From an uncultured bacterium (GTDB lineage Bacteria > Fidelibacterota > Marinisomatia > Marinisomatales > UBA1611), in the NCBI GenBank assembly GCA_965660855.1, contig CBFIBM010000001.1:63615-127614 (forward strand): a stretch of DNA of 64,000 bases. Direction: 5' to 3'. The notes below the pieces were generated by a model, which had not been told where the DNA came from, searched no databases, and saw only the letters and a program-made list of their open reading frames with translations. Shown piece after piece: positions 1 to 9,770 of the stretch (positions are counted from its first letter, which is position 1; each line of letters starts with the position of its first letter). The position numbers and the translations under genes were made by a program.

Positions 1-552
1 CATCCTTTTGTAAAAATTGATTTAAACTCTATTGCAAAAGGGTATGGTGTGGATAAAATATTTAATTATCTAGTTGAACAAAACTTTAAAGATGTATTTG
101 TTGAAATTGGTGGTGAAGTCAGAGCAAGAGGATACAACCCTAAAGGATCATTTTGGAAAATTGGAATAGAATCTCCTTATGAAGATGTTAAAACAAAAGA
201 GCCATTTATTGGAATAATTGAACTAAATAATAAATCAATGGCAACTTCAGGTAATTACAGAAATTTTATAAAATATAAAAACAAAGTACTAGGTCACACC
301 ATTGACCCAAGAAAAGGTTACCCCGTAAACTCAAATATTTTATCCGTAACCGTAATTTCGGATTTTGGAATTGTATCAGATGCTTGGGCAACAGCTATTA
401 TGGCTATGGAATATGAGAGTGCATTAAATATTTTAGAAAATACTGATAATATCAATGTTATATGGGTTTTAAATTTAGAAGGGAAAAATTATATAAGAGT
501 ATATGGAGATGTTACTTTATCAAATGAAAAATATGAAATATTAAAAAATTAA
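1..552 (+). CDS. apbE: FAD:protein FMN transferase ApbE (5'-truncated by window edge)
   Basis: Frame open from base 1: IDLNSIAKGYGVD, EIGGE, MATSGNYRNF, HTIDPRKGYP, SDAWATA are ApbE motifs. Confidence 0.93.
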   Translation, partial: HPFVKIDLNSIAKGYGVDKIFNYLVEQNFKDVFVEIGGEVRARGYNPKGSFWKIGIESPYEDVKTKEPFIGIIELNNKSMATSGNYRNFIKYKNKVLGHTIDPRKGYPVNSNILSVTVISDFGIVSDAWATAIMAMEYESALNILENTDNINVIWVLNLEGKNYIRVYGDVTLSNEKYEILKN

Positions 553-554
553 TA

Positions 555-725
555 TCATGTTTCAACTAAATCACAATTTTCTTTGACTCCACCACATAAG
601 GAACAATTTCCACTTTCATTTAAGCCTCCGCATGATCCAGAGAGAGGCTTTTTACCAAATATGACACCAACTGCCATTCCTAAAATTGCCAAACACAAAA
701 TAAAAATTCCTAACAATAAATCCAT
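555..725 (-). CDS. nqrM: NqrM (DUF539) Na+-NQR maturation protein, 56 aa; not in ORF track
   Basis: Manual translation MDLLLGIFILCLAILGMAVGVIFGKKPLSGSCGGLNESGNCSLCGGVKENCDLVET*: N-terminal TM helix, MAVGVIFG..P..GSCGGL motif, 4 C-terminal Cys; adjacent to apbE. Confidence 0.85.
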   Translation of the reverse strand: MDLLLGIFILCLAILGMAVGVIFGKKPLSGSCGGLNESGNCSLCGGVKENCDLVET

Positions 726-836
726 AGATAAACTTAAGATTAATTACCTAAATCCAATAAATAAAAAAAACGATCGTAGTTCCATTTTTAGTATTTATAT
801 ATGTAATTTATTGCAACAAATATTAAAATAAATTAA

Positions 837-2258
837 ATGAAAAATAAAATTATCTTTTTATCTACAATAGTTTCACAATCATTAATTTTTGGTGCAGATG
901 GTTCACATGGAAGTGCACCGCATCTCGCTGGTGAAAATTTAGCAATATTTTGGATTATACCATTTGTTGGTATACTATTATCTATTGCCATCTTTCCGTT
1001 AGTTGCTTCAGATTTTTGGCATCATAACTTTGGTAAGATCTCGCTATTCTGGGGATTAAGTTTAATTTTACCATTCCTTTTTACCTTTGGATTTCAAATT
1101 ACTTTGTATGAATTACTACATGTCGGATTACTTGAATATGTACCATTTATCATACTTCTTTTATCTTTATTTACTATTTCAGGTGGAGTTTGTTTAAAGG
1201 GAGCATTAGTTGGTACTCCAATATTAAATACGGGTATTATTTTCATTGGTACTCTTCTCGCAAGTTGGATGGGAACTACTGGTGCGGCTATGTTGCTAAT
1301 TAGACCTCTAATCAGAGCAAATTCTTTTAGAAAAAAAAAAGTGCACATAATTGTTTTCTTTATATTTTTAGTAGCTAATATTGGAGGTTCATTGACCCCT
1401 CTGGGTGATCCACCTCTTTTCTTGGGTTTCTTAAAAGGTGTTAACTTTTTTTGGACAACCACAGCAATGTTTTATCCGATGTTATTTATGGCAAGCTCTT
1501 TGTTAATAATTTTTTACTTTTTAGATAATTATTTTTATAATAAGGAAAAATTAAAAGAGCCTAATGAGAAAAATGATGAAAAATTAAGCATCGAAGGAGC
1601 CTTTAATTTATTCCTTTTATTTGGTGTAATCTTAGGTGTTTTGATGTCTGGTTTTTGGAAGCCAGGTATTCAAATTAGTATTTATCACGTTGACGTAGAA
1701 ATTCAAAACATATTTCGAGACATATTACTTTTAACGCTTACATACATAAGTTGGATATATACCTCCAAAAATATTAGAGATTCTAATGAGTATACGTGGT
1801 TTCCAATTGTAGAAGTTGGGAAACTATTTGCAGGAATTTTTGTTACAATTATACCTGCTATAGCAATATTGAAAGCCGGAACTAATGGAGCTTTATCAAC
1901 GGTTGTTTCATCAGTATCCAATGATTCTGGTGAACCAATAAATTACATGTATTTCTGGCTGACAGGTATTTTATCAAGCTTCCTTGATAACGCCCCCACT
2001 TATCTTGTTTTTTTTAATACTGCTGGTGGAGATCCATCTGTTTTAATGACAGACCTTTATAATACACTCTTAGCTATTTCAGCAGGAGCAGTTTTCATGG
2101 GTGCTAATACTTACATAGGAAATGCACCTAATTTTATGGTGAAATCAATATCAGAATCGTCTGGAATTGAGATGCCAAGTTTTTTTGGGTATTTCATAAA
2201 GTGGTCAATACCCATTTTACTACCATTATTTATTATTGTTTCTTACCTATTTTTTTAA
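837..2258 (+). CDS. Putative Na+/H+ antiporter / ion-transporter superfamily membrane protein
   Basis: Many TM segments; ANIGGSLTPLGDPPLFLGF, SSFLDNAPTY and GANTYIGNAPNFMVK motifs. Confidence 0.75.
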   Translation: MKNKIIFLSTIVSQSLIFGADGSHGSAPHLAGENLAIFWIIPFVGILLSIAIFPLVASDFWHHNFGKISLFWGLSLILPFLFTFGFQITLYELLHVGLLEYVPFIILLLSLFTISGGVCLKGALVGTPILNTGIIFIGTLLASWMGTTGAAMLLIRPLIRANSFRKKKVHIIVFFIFLVANIGGSLTPLGDPPLFLGFLKGVNFFWTTTAMFYPMLFMASSLLIIFYFLDNYFYNKEKLKEPNEKNDEKLSIEGAFNLFLLFGVILGVLMSGFWKPGIQISIYHVDVEIQNIFRDILLLTLTYISWIYTSKNIRDSNEYTWFPIVEVGKLFAGIFVTIIPAIAILKAGTNGALSTVVSSVSNDSGEPINYMYFWLTGILSSFLDNAPTYLVFFNTAGGDPSVLMTDLYNTLLAISAGAVFMGANTYIGNAPNFMVKSISESSGIEMPSFFGYFIKWSIPILLPLFIIVSYLFF

Positions 2259-2800
2259 TGCGAATTACTAAAGTAACTACAAAAACAGGGGATTCAGGCC
2301 ATACAGGTTTAGGGAATGGTGAACGTATTTCTAAAAGTAGTATTAGAATTAATGCGATAGGCTCAATAGACAAATTAAACTCTGTAATTGGTTGGGTAAT
2401 TAATGCAGTTGATTCAAAATTAGCGAAAGATTTAGAAAGTATTCAGCAAGATTTATTTAACCTTGGTGGAGAACTAGCAGTTCCTGATGTCGAGATTAAT
2501 TTATTGAAAAATGATCGGCTACTGTGGCTAGAAAAAAATATTGATTTGATAAATAGTCAGTTGCCTCCACTTACGGAGTTTATTCTCCCAGGTGGCTCTG
2601 AAGAGTGCTCTAGAATTCATATTGCAAGAGCTGAATGTAGAGAGTCTGAACGAATAATCGTAAGTCTTAGTGAGGTTGAAGCAGTACTCGAAATACATAA
2701 ACAATATTTAAACAGACTTTCAGATTACCTTTTTATTGTAGCTAGAAAGTTAAAGTTAGATCAGGGTAAAGTTGAGAAATCCTGGAGTTATAAAAAATAA
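2258..2800 (+). CDS. pduO: ATP:cob(I)alamin adenosyltransferase, PduO type
   Basis: TKTGDSGHTGL, IQQDLFNLG, EFILPGG, YLNRLSDYLF; ATG at 2258 overlaps the upstream stop (TAATG). Confidence 0.9.
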   Translation: MRITKVTTKTGDSGHTGLGNGERISKSSIRINAIGSIDKLNSVIGWVINAVDSKLAKDLESIQQDLFNLGGELAVPDVEINLLKNDRLLWLEKNIDLINSQLPPLTEFILPGGSEECSRIHIARAECRESERIIVSLSEVEAVLEIHKQYLNRLSDYLFIVARKLKLDQGKVEKSWSYKK

Positions 2801-2801
2801 T

Positions 2802-3827
2802 ATGGATTTCAATAATATTGGCATTGACTGGAAGAAAGTAAATAATGTCATTTTAAAAGCAGATAAAATTATGCTGACTACTCACGAAAATCCAGACGGA
2901 GATGGTTTAGGATCTGAGTGTGGAATTTATTACCACTTAAAAGAAATGGGTAAAGATGTAAAAATACTTAATTATTCAGACCTTCCAGCTCAATATCAAT
3001 TTCTAAATACAGATAATATCTTTGAAACTTTTGATCTAAATGAACATAAGAATTGGATGATCGATTTAGATTTATTAATTGTTTTTGACGTTGGGGATTT
3101 TTCTCGAACTCGGACGGTAGCTGATTTCGTTTTAAAAAATAAAATAAAGGTATTAAACATTGATCATCATCCCCATCCAGAAAGTCATAATTTTTCTTAT
3201 AATTGTGTTGATTTAAAAGCTGCGGCTACCGGTTGTATGGTCTACGATTATTTAAAGATAAACAGGGTGAGCCCGATAAATAAGAAAAGTTTAGAAGGAA
3301 TATATACAGCTGTTATGACTGATACCGGAAGTTTTAGATATAGTAATACAACGGGGAAATGTCATAAAATCGCTATAGAATGCTTGGAGAATAATATTGA
3401 AACACATAGAATTTTTCAAAGTATTTACGAAAATAATCCAAAATCTCGAGTAGAATTAATGGGCAAATTTCTTTCTAATATTCAATATGAATTAGATGAA
3501 AAGCTTGCCTGGTTCGTTATTACTCAAGATATGTTAATTAAAGCGAATGCAACGCATTCAGATGTCGAAGGATTTTCTGATCTTGTAAGAAGTATCAAAG
3601 GCGTTGAAGTTTCGATAATGATTTTTGAACAAGAAAATTCAACTTGCAGAATAAATTTCAGATCTAAAGGCTCTATTGTAATTAATGATATAGCTAAAGA
3701 GTTAGGAGGAGGTGGACACCCTTTTGCGGCTGGTGCTAAGGTCGAAGGAAATTTAAGAGAAGTAAAAGATTTAGTAATTACCACATCAAAAAAATTTTTG
3801 AAAAATAAATTAAAATCAATCAAATGA
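2802..3827 (+). CDS. nrnA: DHH/DHHA1 phosphoesterase (NrnA-like oligoribonuclease/pAp phosphatase)
   Basis: THENPDGDG, IDHH, TDTGSFRY, GGGGHPFAAG motifs; ATG at 2802 chosen. Confidence 0.85.
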   Translation: MDFNNIGIDWKKVNNVILKADKIMLTTHENPDGDGLGSECGIYYHLKEMGKDVKILNYSDLPAQYQFLNTDNIFETFDLNEHKNWMIDLDLLIVFDVGDFSRTRTVADFVLKNKIKVLNIDHHPHPESHNFSYNCVDLKAAATGCMVYDYLKINRVSPINKKSLEGIYTAVMTDTGSFRYSNTTGKCHKIAIECLENNIETHRIFQSIYENNPKSRVELMGKFLSNIQYELDEKLAWFVITQDMLIKANATHSDVEGFSDLVRSIKGVEVSIMIFEQENSTCRINFRSKGSIVINDIAKELGGGGHPFAAGAKVEGNLREVKDLVITTSKKFLKNKLKSIK

Positions 3828-4687
3828 AAATTTATGTAGCAAAAGACGCAGGATATTGTTTTGGAGTTAGAGATGCTGTCAATCTTGCATATGATACTGC
3901 TGATACGCATGGAGAAGTATATATGTTAGGTACAATTGTTCATAATGAACGTGTTATTGACAATTTAGAAAAAGTAGGAACAAAAGTTGTTTCATCTCTT
4001 GAAGATGTACCAGAAAATAAACCCGTATTATTTCGTGCACATGGTACTCCTCCAGAAATTTGGAAAAAAGCAAAAGAGAGAAAATTAAACCTTATAGATG
4101 CTACATGTCCTCTAGTAGTAGACATACATAATGAAATAAAAAAACTTGAAGATGAAGGAAGGAGAACAATAATAATTGGAGATCATGGGCATGATGAAGT
4201 TTCAGCAATTGCAGCTCAAGTAGAAAAACCGATTATTATTGCTAACCCAGATGAAGCGATGAATTTAAGAAAAATGAAAAAAGCAGGTGTAGTTAGTCAG
4301 TCTACACAGATGATTGAAAATGTTCAAGATATCATGAATATATTAATGGAAAAAGTTTTTGATTTGAGGTTTGTTAATACGATTTGTTTTCCCACCAGAA
4401 GGAATCATAGTCAAATCAAAGATTTAGCAGATAGTTGTGATACCATGATTGTGATTGGATCATTTACTAGTGCAAACTCCAAAAGACTCACACAGCTTTC
4501 ATTGGAAAAAAATAAAAACACATATCAAGTAACTAGTGCAGGTGAACTTAACGATAGTTGGTTCAAAAACTGTGAAAAAGTGGGAATATCAGCAGGTGCT
4601 AGTACACCAGATGAAATTATAAAAGAAGTTGTTAATAAAATTAAGAAGATCGGTAAGGTAACCGAGGAGGAAATAGTTTATGAATAA
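3824..4687 (+). CDS. ispH: 4-hydroxy-3-methylbut-2-enyl diphosphate reductase
   Basis: [40 protein letters not shown]. Confidence 0.95.
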   Translation: MKIYVAKDAGYCFGVRDAVNLAYDTADTHGEVYMLGTIVHNERVIDNLEKVGTKVVSSLEDVPENKPVLFRAHGTPPEIWKKAKERKLNLIDATCPLVVDIHNEIKKLEDEGRRTIIIGDHGHDEVSAIAAQVEKPIIIANPDEAMNLRKMKKAGVVSQSTQMIENVQDIMNILMEKVFDLRFVNTICFPTRRNHSQIKDLADSCDTMIVIGSFTSANSKRLTQLSLEKNKNTYQVTSAGELNDSWFKNCEKVGISAGASTPDEIIKEVVNKIKKIGKVTEEEIVYE

Positions 4688-5561
4688 AGATTCTTTTGCT
4701 ATAAAAGTTGGCTTAGCTGAAATGCTGAAAGGTGGCGTGATCATGGACGTTACCAATAAGGAACAAGCAAAAATTGCAGAAGATGCTGGGGCTTGTGCAG
4801 TAATGGCTCTGGAGAGAATTCCTGCCGACATACGAAGGGATGGTGGAATTGCAAGGATGAGTGACCCTGAAATGATACAGGGTATTCAAAATTCTGTATC
4901 TATTCCAGTTATGGCAAAATGCCGAATTGGTCATTTTGCAGAGGCTCAAGTACTAGAATCATTAGAAGTTGATTTCATTGATGAAAGTGAAGTCCTAACA
5001 CCTGCTGATGAGCATAATCATGTTTGGAAACATGATTATAAAATTCCATTTGTATGTGGATGTAGAAATCTTGGAGAAGCTCTTCGCCGTATAAGCGAAG
5101 GAGCAGCTATGATTAGAACAAAAGGTGAAGCTGGAAGTGGGAATATTGTTGAAGCAGTGCGTCACATGAGGACAGTTATGACGGAAATAAAAAGAGTAAC
5201 TCGATTAGATATAGAAGAATTAGTTGCAGAGTCAAAACATTTAGGCGCTCCTTTATCTCTACTTCAAGAGGTTGCAAAAACTGGTAAATTACCTGTTCCT
5301 AATTTTGCTGCAGGTGGTATAGCAACCCCAGCGGATGCATCTTTAATGATGCAGCTAGGTGCTGAAACAGTTTTTGTTGGGTCTGGAATTTTTAAAAGTG
5401 ATGACCCTATCTCAAGAGCAAAAGCAGTTGTGAAGGCAACTACACACTATAAAGATGCTAAAATAGTTGCTACTGCAAGCACTGGACTTAAAAAAGCTAT
5501 GAAAGGTCTTGACATTTCTGAAATTCCTGAAGATGAAAGAATGCAAGAGAGGGGCTGGTAG
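4680..5561 (+). CDS. pdxS: Pyridoxal 5'-phosphate synthase lyase subunit
   Basis: [29 protein letters not shown]-terminal MQERGW. Confidence 0.97.
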   Translation: MNKDSFAIKVGLAEMLKGGVIMDVTNKEQAKIAEDAGACAVMALERIPADIRRDGGIARMSDPEMIQGIQNSVSIPVMAKCRIGHFAEAQVLESLEVDFIDESEVLTPADEHNHVWKHDYKIPFVCGCRNLGEALRRISEGAAMIRTKGEAGSGNIVEAVRHMRTVMTEIKRVTRLDIEELVAESKHLGAPLSLLQEVAKTGKLPVPNFAAGGIATPADASLMMQLGAETVFVGSGIFKSDDPISRAKAVVKATTHYKDAKIVATASTGLKKAMKGLDISEIPEDERMQERGW

Positions 5562-5563
5562 CC

Positions 5564-6169
5564 ATTATTGGAGTATTAGAACTTCAAGGTGGTTTTGATT
5601 TACATCATGAGATATTAGATAAATTAGGTTTACCTTCTAGCTCTGTAAAAAGTAAAAATGACCTTGATTTAGTAGATGGATTAATTATCCCAGGAGGTGA
5701 ATCAACCACAATGTCTTTATTGATTAATGATAATGATCTATTTATTCCATTAAAAACATTTGGTGAAAATAAACCGGTTTTAGGTACTTGTGCTGGTTTA
5801 ATATTGATGTCGAAGAGTTGTAATGATACAAAAATTAACCCACTTGGATTTTTAGATATAGATGTTTCAAGAAATGCATATGGTAGCCAAGTATACTCAA
5901 AAGAAGAAATAGTGGATTATAATTTTGGTGATGGTAACCCTATTAAGATATCGACAACCTTGATTCGTGCTCCAAAAATCATTAAATACAGTAAAGATTC
6001 TATTATTCTAGGTAAGCTTAAATCTGATCCTGTTGCAATCTTATCAAATCACTTTTTAGGGCTTACATTTCATCCTGAATTAAATGGGATTAAAATATTT
6101 CATGAAGTACTTTTTGATACAAAAAGTAAGTACTTTTATAAAAATATAATTAATAATTATGAAACTTAA
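5564..6169 (+). CDS. pdxT: PLP synthase glutaminase subunit; start probably non-canonical (ATT 5564/5567 or CTG 5555)
   Basis: In-frame sequence upstream of ATG 5711 reads IIGVLELQGGF...DGLIIPGGESTTM; GTCAGLI and FHPEL catalytic motifs; start coordinate inferred. Confidence 0.88.
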   Translation: MIGVLELQGGFDLHHEILDKLGLPSSSVKSKNDLDLVDGLIIPGGESTTMSLLINDNDLFIPLKTFGENKPVLGTCAGLILMSKSCNDTKINPLGFLDIDVSRNAYGSQVYSKEEIVDYNFGDGNPIKISTTLIRAPKIIKYSKDSIILGKLKSDPVAILSNHFLGLTFHPELNGIKIFHEVLFDTKSKYFYKNIINNYET

Positions 6170-8096
6170 ATATTTAAATAAAATTAATGAGCCTCAGGAC
6201 ATAAGAGGTTTTAATGATAATCAACTTTTAGAACTCTGCGATGAAATAAGGTCGCATACAATTGAAACTATTACTCAGATTGGTGGACATCTCGCACCAA
6301 CGTTAGGAGTTGTAGAATTGACAGTTGCTCTTCACTATGTTTTCAATACTCCTGAAGATAAATTAGTTTGGGATGTTGGCCATCAAGGCTATGCGCACAA
6401 ATTACTAACAGGTAGATATAATGATTTCTCAACAATTAGACAGTATGAGGGGCTAAGTGGTTTTTTAAAAAGATCAGAAAGTAAATTTGATGTAATTGGA
6501 GCAGGTCACGCGTCAACATCTATTTCTGCTGCCTTGGGTCTTGCTGAAGCTAGAAGACAAAAAAATAAAAATTTTAGAGTTGGAGCAATTATAGGTGATG
6601 GGTCAATGACTGGTGGATTAGCATATGAGGCAATAAACAATGCAGGACATCTTGGTAACCAATTTTTAGTTATCCTCAATGATAATGAAATGTCTATTAG
6701 CCCGAATGTTGGTGCAATTTCACGATACTTCACAAGATTGATTTCAAATCCTCTTTATAATAGAGTAAGAAATGAATTTTGGGATTTAACTGGAAAATTA
6801 CCTATTGCAAGTCAAAAGACTAGATCTCTTATAAAGAAGATAGAAGAAAGCCTAAAAAGTTTATTGGTTCCAGGAATCCTTTTCGATGAACTAGGTTTCC
6901 GTTATTTTGGTCCTATTGATGGACACGATATAAAAGAAGTGATTAAAACACTCGAAAACATAAAAGACATACAAAACCCTGTTTTATTACATATACTGAC
7001 AAAAAAAGGTAAAGGAATGGTTTCCACAAATTTTCAGAATCAAGAGTACCATGATGATGCTGTAAAATTTCATGCAGTAAAACCAGAAAAAAAAGATAGT
7101 CAAATAAATAACAAAGAAATAATAAACGGTAATATTCCTAGCTTTCAGGATGTATTTGGGAAACTTACTATAGAAATAGCAAAAAACAGAAAAGATACTG
7201 TATGCATTACTGCTGCAATGCGTGAAGGAACTGGATTAGTTCCTTATTCAAAAGAATTTCCCGATAGGTACTATGATGTAGGCATTGCTGAAGGGCATGG
7301 TGTGACTTTTGCCTCAGGCTTAGCCGCCGAAGGGATTAGACCTATTGCTGCAATTTATTCAACATTTCTTCAAAGAGCATATGATCATATTATTCATGAT
7401 TGTGCCATACAACACCTTCCTGTTATTTTTTGTATGGATAGAGCGGGTATAGCTGGTGAAGATGGTCCAACTCATCATGGTGCACTTGATATAGCATATT
7501 TAAGGTGTATACAAGATTTGATTGTAACTGCGCCAAAAAATGGGAACGAATTTAGAGCATTGTTGTACACTGCATTAAACATTAAAGATAAACCATTTAC
7601 AATAAGATATCCGAAGTCTAGCTCTGTAGAATTCGAAGAGTTAGGCCAAAGTGAATTGATTCCTGTTGGTTCATGGGAAACATGTATGAAAGGAGAAGAC
7701 GTAGCAATTCTTGCTGTAGGGCCAATGGTTTATGATGCTATAAATGCAGCTAAAAGATTAATAACAAAAGGTATTTCTTGTGAAATAGTTAATTGTCGAT
7801 TTATCAAACCAATGGACATCTCTAAACTTAAATCTATAAAAAATAAATTCAATAAAATTATAACCATTGAGGAAGGCGTAATAACTGGAGGCTTTGGAGA
7901 TGGTGTTGCAAGCTGGTTGCTAGAGGAAGAGTTTAGTGGTAAGCTAAAAAGACTTGGGCTTCCTGATCAATTTGTTGAACATGGACCTAGAGATACATTA
8001 TTGAAAAATCTAGGATTAGATTCTGTTGGAATTGAGAATACTATATGTAAAATACTAGATACCTCAAATAAAGAAAATAATGAAAAAACAGCTTGA
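6159..8096 (+). CDS. dxs: 1-deoxy-D-xylulose-5-phosphate synthase
   Basis: GGHLAPTLG, WDVGHQ, GDGSMTGG...NDN, DVGIAEGH, DRAGIAGEDGPTHHG. Confidence 0.97.
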   Translation: MKLKYLNKINEPQDIRGFNDNQLLELCDEIRSHTIETITQIGGHLAPTLGVVELTVALHYVFNTPEDKLVWDVGHQGYAHKLLTGRYNDFSTIRQYEGLSGFLKRSESKFDVIGAGHASTSISAALGLAEARRQKNKNFRVGAIIGDGSMTGGLAYEAINNAGHLGNQFLVILNDNEMSISPNVGAISRYFTRLISNPLYNRVRNEFWDLTGKLPIASQKTRSLIKKIEESLKSLLVPGILFDELGFRYFGPIDGHDIKEVIKTLENIKDIQNPVLLHILTKKGKGMVSTNFQNQEYHDDAVKFHAVKPEKKDSQINNKEIINGNIPSFQDVFGKLTIEIAKNRKDTVCITAAMREGTGLVPYSKEFPDRYYDVGIAEGHGVTFASGLAAEGIRPIAAIYSTFLQRAYDHIIHDCAIQHLPVIFCMDRAGIAGEDGPTHHGALDIAYLRCIQDLIVTAPKNGNEFRALLYTALNIKDKPFTIRYPKSSSVEFEELGQSELIPVGSWETCMKGEDVAILAVGPMVYDAINAAKRLITKGISCEIVNCRFIKPMDISKLKSIKNKFNKIITIEEGVITGGFGDGVASWLLEEEFSGKLKRLGLPDQFVEHGPRDTLLKNLGLDSVGIENTICKILDTSNKENNEKTA

Positions 8097-9738
8097 TCTA
8101 TTTTCTAAATCTCATTTAGAATGGAAAAATCAATTAAATAAATCTGCAGAAAGAAAAATTGATTTTGAAACCCTTTCAGGTGAACCATTAAAAGCTTGTT
8201 ATTTTCCTAAATCTCCTAATGATGATTATAATGAAAAATTGGGATTCCCAGGCCAATTTCCATTCACTAGAGGAGTACATGCTAATCTCTATCGAGGTAA
8301 ATTATGGACTATGAGACAGTTTGCTGGGTTTGGCAGTCCAGAAGAAACAAATAAAAGATTTAAACAACTTTTAAAAAAAGGGCAAACAGGATTATCAGTA
8401 GCATATGATATGCCTACTTTAATGGGATATGATCCTGACCATTTATTTTCAGATGGTGAAGTCGGAAAATGTGGCGTTAGTGTTTTCTCATTAGATGAAA
8501 TGAAAAAACTATTCAAAGATATTTCATTAAGTGAAATTTCAGTCTCTCAAACTATTAACGGACCAGCAATTATCCTTTTGGCATTTTACATCGCAGTTGC
8601 TGAAGAACAGGGAGTCGATTTAAAAAAGATTCAAGGTACATTACAAAATGATATATTAAAAGAGTTTACAGCTCAAAAAGAATGGATTTTCCCACCTAAA
8701 CCATCAATGAGAATTATAACGGATATGATATCTTATTGTGCAAAAAATATGCCCAAATATAATACAATTTCAATTAGTGGATATCATATTAGAGAAGCAG
8801 GTTCTACAGCTGCACAAGAGTTGGCATTTACACTGGCGGACGGATTCTCATATATTGAGCATGCATTAAAGATAGGTCTTGATATTGATCAATTTGCTCC
8901 AAGACTTTCATTCTTCTTTAATTCTCATTTAGATTTCTTTGAAGAAATTGCAAAATTTCGAGCTGCAAGGAGAATTTGGGCTAAAAAACTAAAAAATAAA
9001 TATAATGCTAAAAATGAAAAATCATGGAAGTTACGTTTTCATACTCAGACTGCGGGATGTAGTTTGACCGCTCAACAGCCTGAATTAAACATAGCTAGAA
9101 CAGGTTTTCAAGCGTTAGCAGGTGTTCTCGGTGGTACTCAAAGTTTACATACAAATTCTATGGATGAGACTCTAGCATTACCCTCTGAAAAAGCGGCTGA
9201 AATAGCCTTGAGAACACAACAGCTGATAGCTTATGAAACTGGAGTAACAAATGTAGTAGACCCTTTAGGTGGATCATTCTTTATTGAAAATCTAACTGAT
9301 AGGATGGAAGAAAAGGCAGAAAATTATTTTTCCACAATTGATGATTTAGGTGGTGTAGTAAATGCAATTGAAGAGGGTTATTTTCAAAGAGAAATTTCTA
9401 TTTCGGCCTCTGAATATCAGCAAAAAGTTGATTCGAAAAAAAGAATTGTTGTTGGCGTTAATGAATTTATTAACAAAGATGAGGATCTTGACATTCCTAT
9501 CTTAGAGATAAGTTCATCAATAGAGAAAAAACAAAAAAAAATAATCAAAAATTTTAAAAAAAATCGTAATTCACATGAAGTAAATCATGCTTTAGAATTA
9601 ATTACAGAAGCCTGTAAAAAAGATGTTAATCTTCTAGTGCCAATTATTGATGCTTCAAAAAAAGGAGCAACCCTTGGCGAAATTGTAATTGCTATGAAAA
9701 AAGTATTTGGAGAGTGGCAAGAATCATCTGTTTTTTAA
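8080..9738 (+). CDS. AdoCbl-dependent acyl-CoA mutase large (substrate-binding) subunit, isobutyryl-CoA mutase-like
   Basis: PGQFPFTRG, WTMRQFAGFG, QNDILKEFTAQKEW, SISGYHIREAG, GGTQSLHTN; no C-terminal B12-binding DxHxxG domain. Confidence 0.85.
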   Translation: MKKQLDLFSKSHLEWKNQLNKSAERKIDFETLSGEPLKACYFPKSPNDDYNEKLGFPGQFPFTRGVHANLYRGKLWTMRQFAGFGSPEETNKRFKQLLKKGQTGLSVAYDMPTLMGYDPDHLFSDGEVGKCGVSVFSLDEMKKLFKDISLSEISVSQTINGPAIILLAFYIAVAEEQGVDLKKIQGTLQNDILKEFTAQKEWIFPPKPSMRIITDMISYCAKNMPKYNTISISGYHIREAGSTAAQELAFTLADGFSYIEHALKIGLDIDQFAPRLSFFFNSHLDFFEEIAKFRAARRIWAKKLKNKYNAKNEKSWKLRFHTQTAGCSLTAQQPELNIARTGFQALAGVLGGTQSLHTNSMDETLALPSEKAAEIALRTQQLIAYETGVTNVVDPLGGSFFIENLTDRMEEKAENYFSTIDDLGGVVNAIEEGYFQREISISASEYQQKVDSKKRIVVGVNEFINKDEDLDIPILEISSSIEKKQKKIIKNFKKNRNSHEVNHALELITEACKKDVNLLVPIIDASKKGATLGEIVIAMKKVFGEWQESSVF

Positions 9739-9770
9739 AATTCAATCTTTCTCAAAGGAGTTAAATAATT

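Noticed and set aside
583-831. 82-aa + strand ORF in the track
   Set aside because: Antisense shadow of nqrM; no recognisable motif
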